A stretch of DNA of 64,000 nt from an uncultured Gemmatimonadales bacterium (GTDB lineage: Bacteria > Gemmatimonadota > Gemmatimonadetes > Gemmatimonadales > GWC2-71-9). Of the stretch, positions 9,024 to 18,837 are shown in pieces. The DNA is taken from positions 1,032,233 to 1,096,232 of the forward strand of contig CAWGED010000019.1 in NCBI GenBank assembly GCA_963821525.1. The letters are read 5' to 3'. Numbering within the stretch: the stretch's first letter is position 1; each line of letters opens with the position of its first letter. The position numbers and the translations under genes are program-made. The notes beneath the pieces are model-generated. The model saw only the letters and a list, made by a program, of their open reading frames with translations. It was not told the origin of the DNA and ran no database searches.

Positions 9024-10104
9024 AGACGGTCTGTCGCCCTAGCAGAAGCGCGACGAGGCGGTCGGCATTGGCTGGCATGAAGTGCAGCGCGTCGTAGTAC
9101 CATGCCGGATTGCCGCCGAAGCTCGCCAGGTCACGGGCCTCGACGTAATGCAGGAGTCCGGCGCGGTCCAGACCGCGCAAAGTATCCGCGGTCTCGTTGC
9201 TTCGAATGGCGAGGTAGCCGCCTGATCCGGCGCGCTCGAGCTCAGGGTGAATCGGCGGGATGAACGCGATTACCTGAATGCGGGCGTCTCGAGCCTCCTG
9301 CAGCATTGTCGCCAGCAGGCCTAGCCTTCGCGACGAAAGCCGGGCGAAGTCGCTGTACCGCGGCAGAATACCGGGGATGGACCCCCGCACCTGTTCCTCT
9401 TGAGCGAAGGTCCCGGCGCGGACCTGGGCATCGAAGCGGGGGTACTCCTCAACGCCGTCGGCGGACAATCGAGTAGAGGGAAGATCGGGTTGGCCCAGCA
9501 CCGCATAGCGCAGCGAGCGAACCGACGCGACGATGGATTGCCGGCTCCAGAGATCCTCGGCCACGGCATTCCAGCGATGCGGCTCGACCATCCCGGCCAC
9601 CAGCCCCCGAAGCGCGCGAGAGTCGGCCAGCGGGCGATGGGGACCTTCGGTGTCCTGCAACGCCTCCGGGTCCACGCCCAGCAGAATCTCGTGGACTGCG
9701 GAATTGGGATCGCGATGGAGCCAGCGGAAGATGGCGAGATAGTCTTCGGCAGCCGCTCCGTTCACGCCGAAGTTGAAGGCGGGTTCTCCAGTGAGCTGGT
9801 TGATGCACGCGGGCCGGATGGTCTTGCTGCGGGACGATCCAATGATCACTATGCTCGGCGGCGTCGGCAATCTGTCATATAGGCCCGCTTTGTAGTCCCG
9901 GTCGGCGCTGATCGCCGGAGGCAGGAGACCCGTCCCGAAGGCGGCAAGAGGATCCACCAGCCACGACAGCGCCGCCATCCCCCCCACCAGACCAAAGAAG
10001 GTGAGAAGGAACACCGCGAGAAACGACGCGTCCCGGGGAGTGGACGGCGCGCCACGGTGACGATGCCGCGGATCCGGGGCGACGGCGCTATTCTCAAGTC
10101 CCAT
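9010..10104 (-). CDS. membrane-anchored SGNH-like acyltransferase partner (DltD/AlgJ-like)
   Basis: N-terminal TM, GSSR motif, FNFGVNG, C-terminal DALH; overlaps the MBOAT start. The start may really be GTG 10055 after an indel. Confidence 0.7.
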   Translation of the reverse strand: MGLENSAVAPDPRHRHRGAPSTPRDASFLAVFLLTFFGLVGGMAALSWLVDPLAAFGTGLLPPAISADRDYKAGLYDRLPTPPSIVIIGSSRSKTIRPACINQLTGEPAFNFGVNGAAAEDYLAIFRWLHRDPNSAVHEILLGVDPEALQDTEGPHRPLADSRALRGLVAGMVEPHRWNAVAEDLWSRQSIVASVRSLRYAVLGQPDLPSTRLSADGVEEYPRFDAQVRAGTFAQEEQVRGSIPGILPRYSDFARLSSRRLGLLATMLQEARDARIQVIAFIPPIHPELERAGSGGYLAIRSNETADTLRGLDRAGLLHYVEARDLASFGGNPAWYYDALHFMPANADRLVALLLGRQTVCAVQ

Positions 10105-12190
10105 GACCAACCGCCTTTCGGAGGCTACCTCCGCCTACCTGCGCTCAGCCGCCCACCAGCCGGTGCATTGGCACCCGTGGGGTGCGGAAGCGTTTGCGGC
10201 AGCGCAGGCCGCCGATCGGCCGATCCTGCTGGATATCGGCGCGGTGTGGTGCCACTGGTGTCACGTCATGGACGGCGAGTCTTACGAGGACCCCGCTCTG
10301 GGGGAGTTCCTCAACCAGAATTTCACGTGCGTCAAGGTGGATCGTGACGAACGTCCCGACGTTGATACCCGTTACCAGCGCGCGGTTCAGGCCCTCTCCG
10401 GTCAGGGTGGCTGGCCGCTGACCGCTTTCCTGACCCCCACGGGCGAAGTCTTCTACGGCGGCACCTACTTCCCACCCGATGGGAAATATGGCCGACCCGG
10501 CTTCCGCTCAGTTCTCGAACAGGTTTTGCTGGTCTATCGCAATCAGCGGGAGCAGGTCCTGCGCCAGGCGGACTCCATCAGGAGCGTCCTGGAACAGCAC
10601 CTTGATGAATCAATGGCTGGCGAGCCGAGCGAGGCCCTGCTCTCCGAGGCCGCTCAGAGTATCGCTAGGGTGTTCGATGCGAGGAATGGGGGGTTCGGTA
10701 CCCAACCCAAATTTCCCCACCCGTCGGCTCTCAGGTTTCTCTTGACGCGGTGGCACCGCACCGGAGAAGCGTGGGCCCGCGACATCGTGGAGGGGACCCT
10801 TCAAGGTATGGCTCGAGGCGGGATCCACGACCAGCTCGGCGGAGGATTCCACCGCTACAGTGTTGACGCGCAGTGGATTGTCCCCCACTTCGAGAAGATG
10901 AGTTACGACAATGCGGAACTGCTCCGAGCCTACCTCGATGCCCATACGGCGTTCAGTGCCGAGCAATACGCGGAGGTTGCCCGCGGAATAGTACGCTGGA
11001 TCCGCGAGGTGCTGGCGGATGCAGAAGGAGGATATGGAGCAAGCCAGGACGCAGATGTCGGTCTGGATGACGATGGAGACTACTTCACCTGGACCTTCGA
11101 AGAAGCCGCCGCCGTCCTCACCGAGGAGGAACTTGCTGTCATCGCTCCGTACTACGACATCGGGACCGCGGGAGAAATGCACCACAATCCCGCCAGGAAT
11201 GTTCTGTTCGTCGCAGAGCCGCTGGAAACGATCGCTCAGCGACTCGAACTAGACCTACCGATCGCCGATGAGCGACTACGCCAGGCCCGCTCGAAGTTGT
11301 TAGCGGCGCGCGACGGTCGGCCTACACCATTCGTGGACCGCAGCCAATACAGCTCGTGGAACGCGATGCTGGCCGGAGCGCTTCTGCAGGCGTCGGCCGT
11401 CCTGGATGATCCCTGGGCTGGGGAGCACGCGCTTCGCACTCTGCGGCGTCTCCGGGCGGAGCAAACGGCGCCTGACGAGCTTGCCCACACTACGGGCGGC
11501 ATTTCAGGCATGCTGGAAGATCAGGTCTTTACGGCGATGGCTGCGATTGATGCCTTCGAGTACAACGGTGATTTTGGCTGGCTCGAATGGGCCGGCGCCA
11601 TCATGCACCGGGTCTGGAGCGATTACCTCGACACCGAGGGCGGTGGACTGTTCGACCTGGCCCGTAGTCGCGGCGGCGAAGGATTGTTGCCGGCCGCCGC
11701 CAAGCCGGTACAGGACGCACCGACACCCTCGGGCAACGGGATGGCCGGATTGGCTCTGGCCAGACTCGCGGAGCTTACGGGCGCTTCGGTCTGGCGGGAA
11801 CGGAGAGATGCAGTGGTAAGCGCCAATGCCGGTCGGGCGGCCGAGCTTGGCTTGCACGGAGCCACGATGTTGCTGGCTGTTGATTGGGTGGTCCAGCCGG
11901 CGACGCATCTGGTGATTATTGAAGACGGGGATGGCGCCGGCTCGAAGACTGCTGACGCCATGCACCAAATCGCTCTCCGCAGCTTTTTCCCCAGACGGGT
12001 AGTTCATCGTGTGAAAGTCGCTGACGGAGACGGATCGCTGCCGCAGGCAGTTCGCGGCATGCTTGAATCGGCGAGCGGCACTCGGGGCTTTATCTGTGTC
12101 GGCACTTCCTGCGAAACCCCGGCCACGACGGTCGAGGCCTGGCAAGACACCCTGGCCCGTCTTACGACTGAGGGGAAGTCTGCCCAATGA
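10103..12190 (+). CDS. thioredoxin domain-containing protein, YyaL/SSP411 family
   Basis: NRL...[34 protein letters not shown]. Confidence 0.93.
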   Translation: MTNRLSEATSAYLRSAAHQPVHWHPWGAEAFAAAQAADRPILLDIGAVWCHWCHVMDGESYEDPALGEFLNQNFTCVKVDRDERPDVDTRYQRAVQALSGQGGWPLTAFLTPTGEVFYGGTYFPPDGKYGRPGFRSVLEQVLLVYRNQREQVLRQADSIRSVLEQHLDESMAGEPSEALLSEAAQSIARVFDARNGGFGTQPKFPHPSALRFLLTRWHRTGEAWARDIVEGTLQGMARGGIHDQLGGGFHRYSVDAQWIVPHFEKMSYDNAELLRAYLDAHTAFSAEQYAEVARGIVRWIREVLADAEGGYGASQDADVGLDDDGDYFTWTFEEAAAVLTEEELAVIAPYYDIGTAGEMHHNPARNVLFVAEPLETIAQRLELDLPIADERLRQARSKLLAARDGRPTPFVDRSQYSSWNAMLAGALLQASAVLDDPWAGEHALRTLRRLRAEQTAPDELAHTTGGISGMLEDQVFTAMAAIDAFEYNGDFGWLEWAGAIMHRVWSDYLDTEGGGLFDLARSRGGEGLLPAAAKPVQDAPTPSGNGMAGLALARLAELTGASVWRERRDAVVSANAGRAAELGLHGATMLLAVDWVVQPATHLVIIEDGDGAGSKTADAMHQIALRSFFPRRVVHRVKVADGDGSLPQAVRGMLESASGTRGFICVGTSCETPATTVEAWQDTLARLTTEGKSAQ

Positions 12191-12241
12191 GCCCGATTGG
12201 GACAAACGCGTTAGGTTTGGGGCGAGGCGTCGTTTCAGATG

Positions 12242-12305
12242 TTCAATCGTCCATTTGAAATCATCAATCTTCAATCCTTCAATCCCCAATCCTCAATCTT
12301 CAATC
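12242..12305 (+). repeat. degenerate heptamer tandem repeat (YTCAATC) ending at the cyclophilin ATG
   Basis: ATCAATC TTCAATC C TTCAATC CCCAATC CTCAATC TTCAATC ATG. Confidence 0.85.
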
Positions 12306-12752
12306 ATGAAGACCGCTACGTTCGAAACCAGCAAGGGCACCATCGTCGCGGAGCTGTTTCCCGAGGAGACGCCCAAGACAGTTGAGAATTTCGAGAAACT
12401 GGCCAACGAGAAGTTTTATGACGGCACCCGCTTTCACCGGGTGATCTCGAATTTCATGATCCAGGGCGGCGATCCCTTGTCCAAAGATCCCAACAATCCC
12501 CGGGCGGGAACCGGGGGGCCGGGCTATACCATCAAGTGCGAGACCAACCGGAACACCCATAAGCATGTGGCCGGGACACTTTCCATGGCGCACGCGGGTA
12601 AGGACACGGGCGGGAGCCAGTTCTTCATCTGCCACTCACCCCAATCCCACCTTGATGGCAAGCACACGGTATTCGGGCAGGTCACGAAGGGGTTGGATGT
12701 AGTCAACCAGATTCGGCAGGGAGACGTAGTGACCTCGATCCGGGTTTCCTGA
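12306..12752 (+). CDS. ppiB: cyclophilin-type peptidyl-prolyl cis-trans isomerase
   Basis: [47 protein letters not shown]. Confidence 0.95.
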   Translation: MKTATFETSKGTIVAELFPEETPKTVENFEKLANEKFYDGTRFHRVISNFMIQGGDPLSKDPNNPRAGTGGPGYTIKCETNRNTHKHVAGTLSMAHAGKDTGGSQFFICHSPQSHLDGKHTVFGQVTKGLDVVNQIRQGDVVTSIRVS

Positions 12753-12755
12753 CTC

Positions 12756-13160
12756 CTGCAGCTCGATTTCGCGGTACTCGCCGATTACGCCCTGATCGAC
12801 CAGCAGGGGAAACTCTCCGTGCTCGGTCTGTTTCAGCATGTGTGGGTGCCGCAGTTTCCTGCCGTCCACCCTCGTACTCACCTGGTGCTCCGGGTTCACG
12901 GCAGGAGGACGGAGATTGGCCAACACTCGCTGCGGATCCGGTTCGTGGATGACGCGGGGACCGAACTCCTCGATGGCCAGGGAACTGTGCAGTTCGGTGA
13001 ACCACCCGCGGGGGTGACGGATGTTGAGGCTGGCGCCGTGCTGGTCTTCGATATTCCGCTGCCTCACCCTGGGGGATACGCCTTCGAGATCAGCATGGAT
13101 GCGGGCGAGGCCTACCGCGTCCCGCTGACCGTGTCTCAATTGCAGACGGGAGGTTCATGA
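12756..13160 (+). CDS. DUF6941-like hypothetical protein; apparent CTG start
   Basis: In-frame QLDFAVLADYALIDQQGKLSVLG lies upstream of the tracked ORF; CTG at 12756 is 3 nt after the cyclophilin stop. Confidence 0.7.
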   Translation: MQLDFAVLADYALIDQQGKLSVLGLFQHVWVPQFPAVHPRTHLVLRVHGRRTEIGQHSLRIRFVDDAGTELLDGQGTVQFGEPPAGVTDVEAGAVLVFDIPLPHPGGYAFEISMDAGEAYRVPLTVSQLQTGGS

Positions 13161-13191
13161 AGATTCACCGATAGTCTCCTCGGATTTCGCT

Positions 13192-13220
13192 TTGACAAGC
13201 CTTTCGTCATTCTGTAGACT
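13192..13220 (+). promoter_or_regulatory. sigma70 promoter for the fadL-GDSL operon
   Basis: TTGACA-N17-TAGACT. Confidence 0.75.
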
Positions 13221-13281
13221 CACCTCGACATCGCTCGATTCCCTCGGCACCAGAGTCCCGTCCCCTCTTCGAGGTATCTCT

Positions 13282-14667
13282 ATGCGACGGTCGCACGTTT
13301 GGCTCGCTGCCGGAGGTCTGGCCGCTGCGCTTGCCGCGCCACGTCCGCTGCTGGCTCAAGGGTTCAGCGTGAACGAACATTCGACCTGCGCGATGGGTCG
13401 CGCGGGCACCGGGGCCGCCATGCCCTGCCCGGACGGCTCCGCCATGGCGTTCAACCCCGCGGGTCTCGCGAGTCTCAAAAAGGGCGACGGGGTGGTGACA
13501 GCCAATGCGACGCTGATCTCGGCGCGCGGCAGCTTCACCAATGCGGCCACCGGATTCAAGGATGATCTTAAAGACAACAACTACCTGGTTCCCGCGGCGT
13601 ACGTCGGCTATGGCATCACGGATAACATCGCAGCAGGAGTAGGACTCTTCGCGCCATACGGCCTGACCACCGAGTGGGACCCCACGTCCCAGGCACGGTT
13701 TCTAGGCTACAAGAGCCACATCGCCGCGATCTACGTCCAGCCCACTTTGGCCGCCAAGCTCGGCGAGTATGTGAAGGTCGGGTTCGGCTTCGATATCAAC
13801 TTCTTCTCGGTCGAGCTCCGCCAGCACGTCGACCTTGCCGAAGTCGGCTTGCCCGCGAGTGCGGGCGCTCCTCCTGGCACGACCTTCGGTAACATCGGCT
13901 TTCTTTCCGGAACGGACGTCGCGAACACCAAGCTCGACGGAAACGCAACGGGAGTCGGGTACCATGCCGGTGTGATTCTTCAGGCCACCGACAAGCTGTC
14001 GTTCGGGGTCCGGTATTTGTCCCGGCAGAAGGTTGAGATCGATGCCGGGAACGCGGAGTTCAGCCAGATCAATACCGGTATCCTGCTGCCCAACGCCAAC
14101 CCACTGGGTCTGCCCGCAGGCACCCCGCTGGATGCGGTCCTGGCCCCGCAGTTCCAGCCGGGCGGCGCTCTGGTGAACCAGGGTGTAAGTACGGCGGTAC
14201 GTCTCCCGGAGCAGTGGTCGGTTGGCCTGGCCTACCAGGCGACACCTACGCTCGTTCTGCTCTTCGATTACAACCGGCAGAACTGGGAGGTGTTCCAGTC
14301 GCTGCCGTTCGACTTCGAGATCGCGCCCGACCAGTCCCTGCCGCAGAATTTCCAATCGACCGACACCTTCCGGTTCGGTGCCGACTATCGGCTCGGGACT
14401 TCCTCGAACATCCGGATCGGCTATCTCAGTCACAATGCGGCCGCACCGGACCAGACCGTGACACCGAACCTTCCTGAAGCCTCACGTTCGGAATTTACCG
14501 CCGGGTTCGGGACCGCGTTCGCCAAGAATTTCCATCTCGACCTGGCTTACCAGTACATCGATCAGGCCGACCGCGCAGGCCGCAGCACGCCGGCCGGCAC
14601 ACCGAACAACGGGCTCTATGAGTTCTACGCCCATCTGTTCGGGGCGTCCCTTTCCTACGCCTTCTAA
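13282..14667 (+). CDS. OmpP1/FadL family long-chain fatty acid outer membrane transporter
   Basis: GAGGT RBS, signal peptide, QGF...GRAG...NPAGL hatch motif, PYGL, C-terminal YAF. Confidence 0.92.
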   Translation: MRRSHVWLAAGGLAAALAAPRPLLAQGFSVNEHSTCAMGRAGTGAAMPCPDGSAMAFNPAGLASLKKGDGVVTANATLISARGSFTNAATGFKDDLKDNNYLVPAAYVGYGITDNIAAGVGLFAPYGLTTEWDPTSQARFLGYKSHIAAIYVQPTLAAKLGEYVKVGFGFDINFFSVELRQHVDLAEVGLPASAGAPPGTTFGNIGFLSGTDVANTKLDGNATGVGYHAGVILQATDKLSFGVRYLSRQKVEIDAGNAEFSQINTGILLPNANPLGLPAGTPLDAVLAPQFQPGGALVNQGVSTAVRLPEQWSVGLAYQATPTLVLLFDYNRQNWEVFQSLPFDFEIAPDQSLPQNFQSTDTFRFGADYRLGTSSNIRIGYLSHNAAAPDQTVTPNLPEASRSEFTAGFGTAFAKNFHLDLAYQYIDQADRAGRSTPAGTPNNGLYEFYAHLFGASLSYAF

Positions 14668-14682
14668 CCCGGGAGCCGAGCC

Positions 14683-15933
14683 ATGAGACTGCATCACGTA
14701 GCCGCCTCGCTGCTCCTGGCCCTGCCGATAGCGGCGGGGTGCAAGAGCGACGACACCCTGAACTCGCCGAACGTGATCGACCCGATGTTTCGCCGGTATG
14801 CAGCGCTCGGCAACAGCATCACCGCCGGGTTCCAGTCCGCCGGCATCAATGACAGCACCCAGAGGCGGGCCTACCCCGCCCTGCTCGCTGCGGCGATGGG
14901 CACCAGCTACACATATCCCTCGCTCAACATGCCGGGGTGCCCGCCACCGCTCACCAACAACGTCATCCTGACCCGAGTCGGAGGCGGCACGCCGAGTACC
15001 TGCGCTCTCAAGCCGATCAAGTTCGAGCTGCTGAACAACCTGGCGGTACCAGGCAACCAGGTGATCACGCTGTTGAACAATTTCAGCGGCTCACCCTCGC
15101 AGTTCGACCCACTCAAGACCATCATGCTGGGCGGAAGGACCGAGGTGGAGTTGATGATGCAGCTGCAGCCCACCTTCGTGACGGTATGGGCAGGCTCCAA
15201 CGACGTGCTTGGAGCCCTGATCGATGCGACCAACCCCGGCGACCCGGCACAGGTGACGCCGGCGGCGCTTTTCGTCGCTCAATACGACTCGCTGGTTGAC
15301 TCGCTCCGCGCCACGGGGGCTAACGTGGTCCTCATAGGAGTTCCCGACGTCACCGCCATCCCGTTCGCCTCACTCGGCGCGATCTGGTACTGTCTCAAGA
15401 ATGGCGGGTGCTCAGCACCTCTCCCACCGCAGGATCCGACGTTGGCACAGATCCCGACATTTTCGGTGGCCGCAACCTGTGCACCACCTGGAGGCGTGCA
15501 AACCCTCGTCCCGTGGACCAAGTCAGTGCCCAAGCTGGGCGCGGCCCTCCAAGGGGTTCCCTCGACCATCGACTGCTCGGTGGACAACGAGACGATTCTT
15601 CCTGCCGAATTGCAAGGAATGGTGCAGGCCGTCGCCGGATATAACCAGCACATTCAGCAGGTGGCGCAGACCGAGGGCTGGGGGTTCTTCGACATCGATA
15701 CCGCGCTCAAGAACCTCGTTGGCACGGCGGTTCCCCAGTTTCCCGACCTGACCCAGGTGCCGACTGGTGGCTCGGTGGGGTTTGGGCCGCTGTTCTCCCT
15801 CGACGGCGTTCACCCGAGCTCGGTAGCTCAGCGCGTCTTCGCCGACTCGATCGCGGAGATTACCAACCGGACCTACGGCACCACCCTCCCGGTGCCGGTG
15901 TGTAGTGCTACGGTCGCCTGCCCGGCTCCCTGA
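14683..15933 (+). CDS. SGNH/GDSL hydrolase lipoprotein
   Basis: Lipobox IAAGC; blocks LGNSITAG, GSND, DGVHP. Confidence 0.88.
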   Translation: MRLHHVAASLLLALPIAAGCKSDDTLNSPNVIDPMFRRYAALGNSITAGFQSAGINDSTQRRAYPALLAAAMGTSYTYPSLNMPGCPPPLTNNVILTRVGGGTPSTCALKPIKFELLNNLAVPGNQVITLLNNFSGSPSQFDPLKTIMLGGRTEVELMMQLQPTFVTVWAGSNDVLGALIDATNPGDPAQVTPAALFVAQYDSLVDSLRATGANVVLIGVPDVTAIPFASLGAIWYCLKNGGCSAPLPPQDPTLAQIPTFSVAATCAPPGGVQTLVPWTKSVPKLGAALQGVPSTIDCSVDNETILPAELQGMVQAVAGYNQHIQQVAQTEGWGFFDIDTALKNLVGTAVPQFPDLTQVPTGGSVGFGPLFSLDGVHPSSVAQRVFADSIAEITNRTYGTTLPVPVCSATVACPAP

Positions 15934-15974
15934 TCGCAGGTCGAGGCCGATAGCGTCCCCGTCGCAAGTAACAC

Positions 15975-16014
15975 CGACCCTCTGGCGGACTCCGCCGGAG
16001 GGTCGTTCGTTATT
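15975..16014 (+). terminator. probable terminator
   Basis: CGACCCTCTGGCGGA-c-TCCGCCGGAGGGTCG followed by TTCGTTATT. Confidence 0.7.
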
Positions 16015-16070
16015 GGGGACCCGATGGCCGGGCCAGACTACTTTTCGATTCCTTTAACCCTCACCGGAAC

Positions 16071-16649
16071 ATGAACTGGACCCGGGATCGAGCCCTCGCG
16101 TTGATGCAGGAGTACACGGCCTCCGAACCGCTCCGCAAACACATGTATGCGGTCGAAGCGGCGATGCGGGCCATGGCCGTCAAGTACGGAGGGGACCCGG
16201 ACGAGTGGGGACTGGTGGGGTTGCTGCACGACTTCGACTACGAGCGATTCCCCAATGCTGCTCACTCGGCGAGCGAGGAGCATCCCAGCGAAGGAGTGCG
16301 GATTCTGGCGGCCCAGGGATTCCCCGAAGACCTGCAGCGGGCCATTCTCTCCCACGCCAACTACACCGGGGTCCCGCGTGATACACCGATTGCGCGGGGC
16401 CTGTTCGCCGTGGACGAACTCTGCGGATTCCTGGTGGCTTGCGCGCTGGTTCGCCCATCGAAGAGCCTCGCGGACCTGGAGGTCTCGAGCGTGAAGAAGA
16501 AGCTCAAGGACAAGGCCTTCGCCCGGGGAGTGAACCGGGATGATGTGACTCAGGGAGCAGCCGAACTCGGCGTGCCGCTGGACGAGCACATTCAGTTCGT
16601 GCTGGAGGCGCTGCGGCCGGTGGATGGTTCACTGGGACTCAAAGGGTGA
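16071..16649 (+). CDS. HD/HDIG domain metal-dependent phosphohydrolase
   Basis: LRKHM, GLLHDFDYE, AILSH, AVDELCG, KDKAFA. Confidence 0.9.
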   Translation: MNWTRDRALALMQEYTASEPLRKHMYAVEAAMRAMAVKYGGDPDEWGLVGLLHDFDYERFPNAAHSASEEHPSEGVRILAAQGFPEDLQRAILSHANYTGVPRDTPIARGLFAVDELCGFLVACALVRPSKSLADLEVSSVKKKLKDKAFARGVNRDDVTQGAAELGVPLDEHIQFVLEALRPVDGSLGLKG

Positions 16650-18055
16650 GCGAAGCCGCTCTGCGGTCCGAACCCGGATTGGGCCGGCGTCCGGTCGAGC
16701 GGGCATTCGATCGATCGTCCGGTGGCCCGCCAATCCCGGGAAACCGGGTTACGCTCCTGCAGGACGGTACCGAGGTCTACCCGGCGATGCTGCGGCTCAT
16801 CGCCGAGGCGCAGCACTGGATTCATTTCGAGAACTACATCATTCGGGCAGATAATATCGGCCAAAAATTTGCCGCAGCCCTCTCCGCGCGGGCCCGCGAG
16901 GGCATCGCGGTTCGGCTGATTTACGATTGGCTCGGCTCGATCGGAACACCGCGACGCTACTGGAAGCAGCTGCGCGATGCCGGGGTGGAAATTCGCTGCT
17001 TCAATCCACCGAACCTGATCCGCCTGCTGAAAAACGTCTCGCGGAACCATCGCAAGATGGTGGTCATCGACGGCCAGCGCGCGATCGTGGGTGGCCTGTG
17101 CATCGGCGACGAGTGGACAGGAGATCCGGAGAATGGACTCCTCCCGTGGCGCGATACCGCGGTCGAGATCGCAGGTCCGGCGGCCTCGATGATCGACGCG
17201 TCCTTCGCGCGAGTCTGGTTGACCATGGGTCCGCCGATTCCCGACGATCAGCGCTCAGCGGAGGTCCCGGAGTTCGGGGATGCCCGGGTTCGGGTTGTGG
17301 CGGGCGAGCCGGGACGCGAACGAGCCTACCGAGTCCTGGAGTATCTCGCCGCAGGATGCGGCAGCCGGCTTTGGATTACCGACGCCTACCTGGTGCCGCC
17401 CCCTCGACTGTTCACCGTCCTGGTCGAGGCCGCGCGAGAAGGCGCCGACATCAGGCTGCTGGTGCCGGGCACCAGCGACGTGCCGTTTGTGCGCAACCTG
17501 ACCCGGATTGGTTACCGCGACCTCCTGCGAGCAGGGATCCGGATTGCCGAGTGGGAGGGGCCCATGCTTCACGCAAAGACCGCGGTGGTGGATGGGACCT
17601 GGTGCCGGGTGGGTTCAAGCAATCTCAATGCGTCGAGCCTGCTGGGTAATTACGAGCTGGATGTGATCATCAATGATGCGGAGCTTGCCGCTACCATGGA
17701 GACGCAGTTCCGGAAGGATCTCGCCTCGAGTGTCGAGGTCGAACGACGCCAGCTTCCCGGTTCGGCGCGACTAGGCCGGCTGGCACCGTCCCGCCTGACC
17801 CGTCAGACAACCGGAGAACGACGGTTGGTCCCCCATAGGACCCGACGGAATCTCCGTGGACGCACTGCGATCGCTGCTCGCACCGTGATCAGTGGAGCGT
17901 GGCGATCCTTTCTGGGCCCACTCAGCCTCGGTCTCGTGGTGACGGCTCTGTTGTTCTTTGGACTGCCTCGTGCGATGGCCTACTTCGTCGGCGGGCTTTG
18001 TGTCTGGGTTGGCATCGCGGCGGGCCTCGAGGCTTGGAAGCGTCGCAAGGATTAG
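16646..18055 (+). CDS. phospholipase D family cardiolipin synthase (ClsB-like)
   Basis: Two HKD motifs (RNHRKMVVID, HAKTAVVDG) and GSSNL; two C-terminal TM helices. Confidence 0.88.
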   Translation: MSEAALRSEPGLGRRPVERAFDRSSGGPPIPGNRVTLLQDGTEVYPAMLRLIAEAQHWIHFENYIIRADNIGQKFAAALSARAREGIAVRLIYDWLGSIGTPRRYWKQLRDAGVEIRCFNPPNLIRLLKNVSRNHRKMVVIDGQRAIVGGLCIGDEWTGDPENGLLPWRDTAVEIAGPAASMIDASFARVWLTMGPPIPDDQRSAEVPEFGDARVRVVAGEPGRERAYRVLEYLAAGCGSRLWITDAYLVPPPRLFTVLVEAAREGADIRLLVPGTSDVPFVRNLTRIGYRDLLRAGIRIAEWEGPMLHAKTAVVDGTWCRVGSSNLNASSLLGNYELDVIINDAELAATMETQFRKDLASSVEVERRQLPGSARLGRLAPSRLTRQTTGERRLVPHRTRRNLRGRTAIAARTVISGAWRSFLGPLSLGLVVTALLFFGLPRAMAYFVGGLCVWVGIAAGLEAWKRRKD

Positions 18056-18260
18056 GCGTTTGCACGGTCGGGACCCCGCAGTCGCCTTCCCGCCAGCTCA
18101 AGCATCTTCCTCGTATGCCGAGCGTTCGCAGCTTGTCATTCCCTTCCCAATCCCGGATACTCCGACACCGATCCCGTTGCCCGGCAAGGAGTTTCCCATC
18201 CAGCCGACCCGTCCTCGATGCTTCATCAATCAAGTAACCGGGGGGACCGGGGTGCGGAAC

Positions 18261-18287
18261 TCAACATCGGAGTCGTCCGCTGCGTAG
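18261..18287 (+). promoter_or_regulatory. putative ECF autoregulatory promoter
   Basis: TCAAC-N17-CGTAG directly upstream of an ECF gene. Confidence 0.6.
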
Positions 18288-18315
18288 TCCTGAGATAACC
18301 GACGCCGCCCTGGCC

Positions 18316-18837
18316 GTGGCCGCCCAGAAGGGTGACCGTGAGGCGTTCGGTGAGCTGGTCCGGCGCTACGGGCCGGCGGCACGACGGGTGGCGCGGGCTG
18401 TCCTTCACCACCCCGAGGACGCCGACGACGCCGCACAGGATGGCTTTTTCTCGGCGTGGCGGAACATCAACCGGTACGATCCGGGGCGGCAATTCGGTCC
18501 CTGGGTCCTCAGAATCGTGGTTAATGCGGCCCATGACCTTCGTCGCCGCAGACAGATCAGGGAAACCGATCCGGTGAGCCCGCAACTTTCCGGAGGCGAA
18601 GCATCACCTGCGGCGCTGGTCGAGCAGGGAGAGCTGGGTGAACGCATCGACGGGGCCCTGCAGGGTTTGCCGGAACGACAACGGCTCGCCGTTGTGCTCT
18701 TCGATGCGGAAGGATTTTCCCACGGAGAGATCGCCCAAATGCTGGGAATCCCGGAGGGAACCGTACGATCGGATGTCTTTCATGCGCGGAGAGCCTTACG
18801 CGCACAATTGGGACTAGAGCCTCGAGGTGATTCGTGA
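18316..18837 (+). CDS. ECF RNA polymerase sigma factor
   Basis: GDREAFGELV, DADDAAQD, FSHGEIA...EGTVRS; may start at ATA 18295. Confidence 0.93.
   Translation: MAAQKGDREAFGELVRRYGPAARRVARAVLHHPEDADDAAQDGFFSAWRNINRYDPGRQFGPWVLRIVVNAAHDLRRRRQIRETDPVSPQLSGGEASPAALVEQGELGERIDGALQGLPERQRLAVVLFDAEGFSHGEIAQMLGIPEGTVRSDVFHARRALRAQLGLEPRGDS

Noticed and set aside
10053-10110. Divergent genes sharing overlapping ATGs (CATG at 10102-10105)
   Set aside because: Adding one base near 10022 gives a more natural N-terminus (MARRPLPGTRRFLAVF) from GTG 10055, which removes the overlap.
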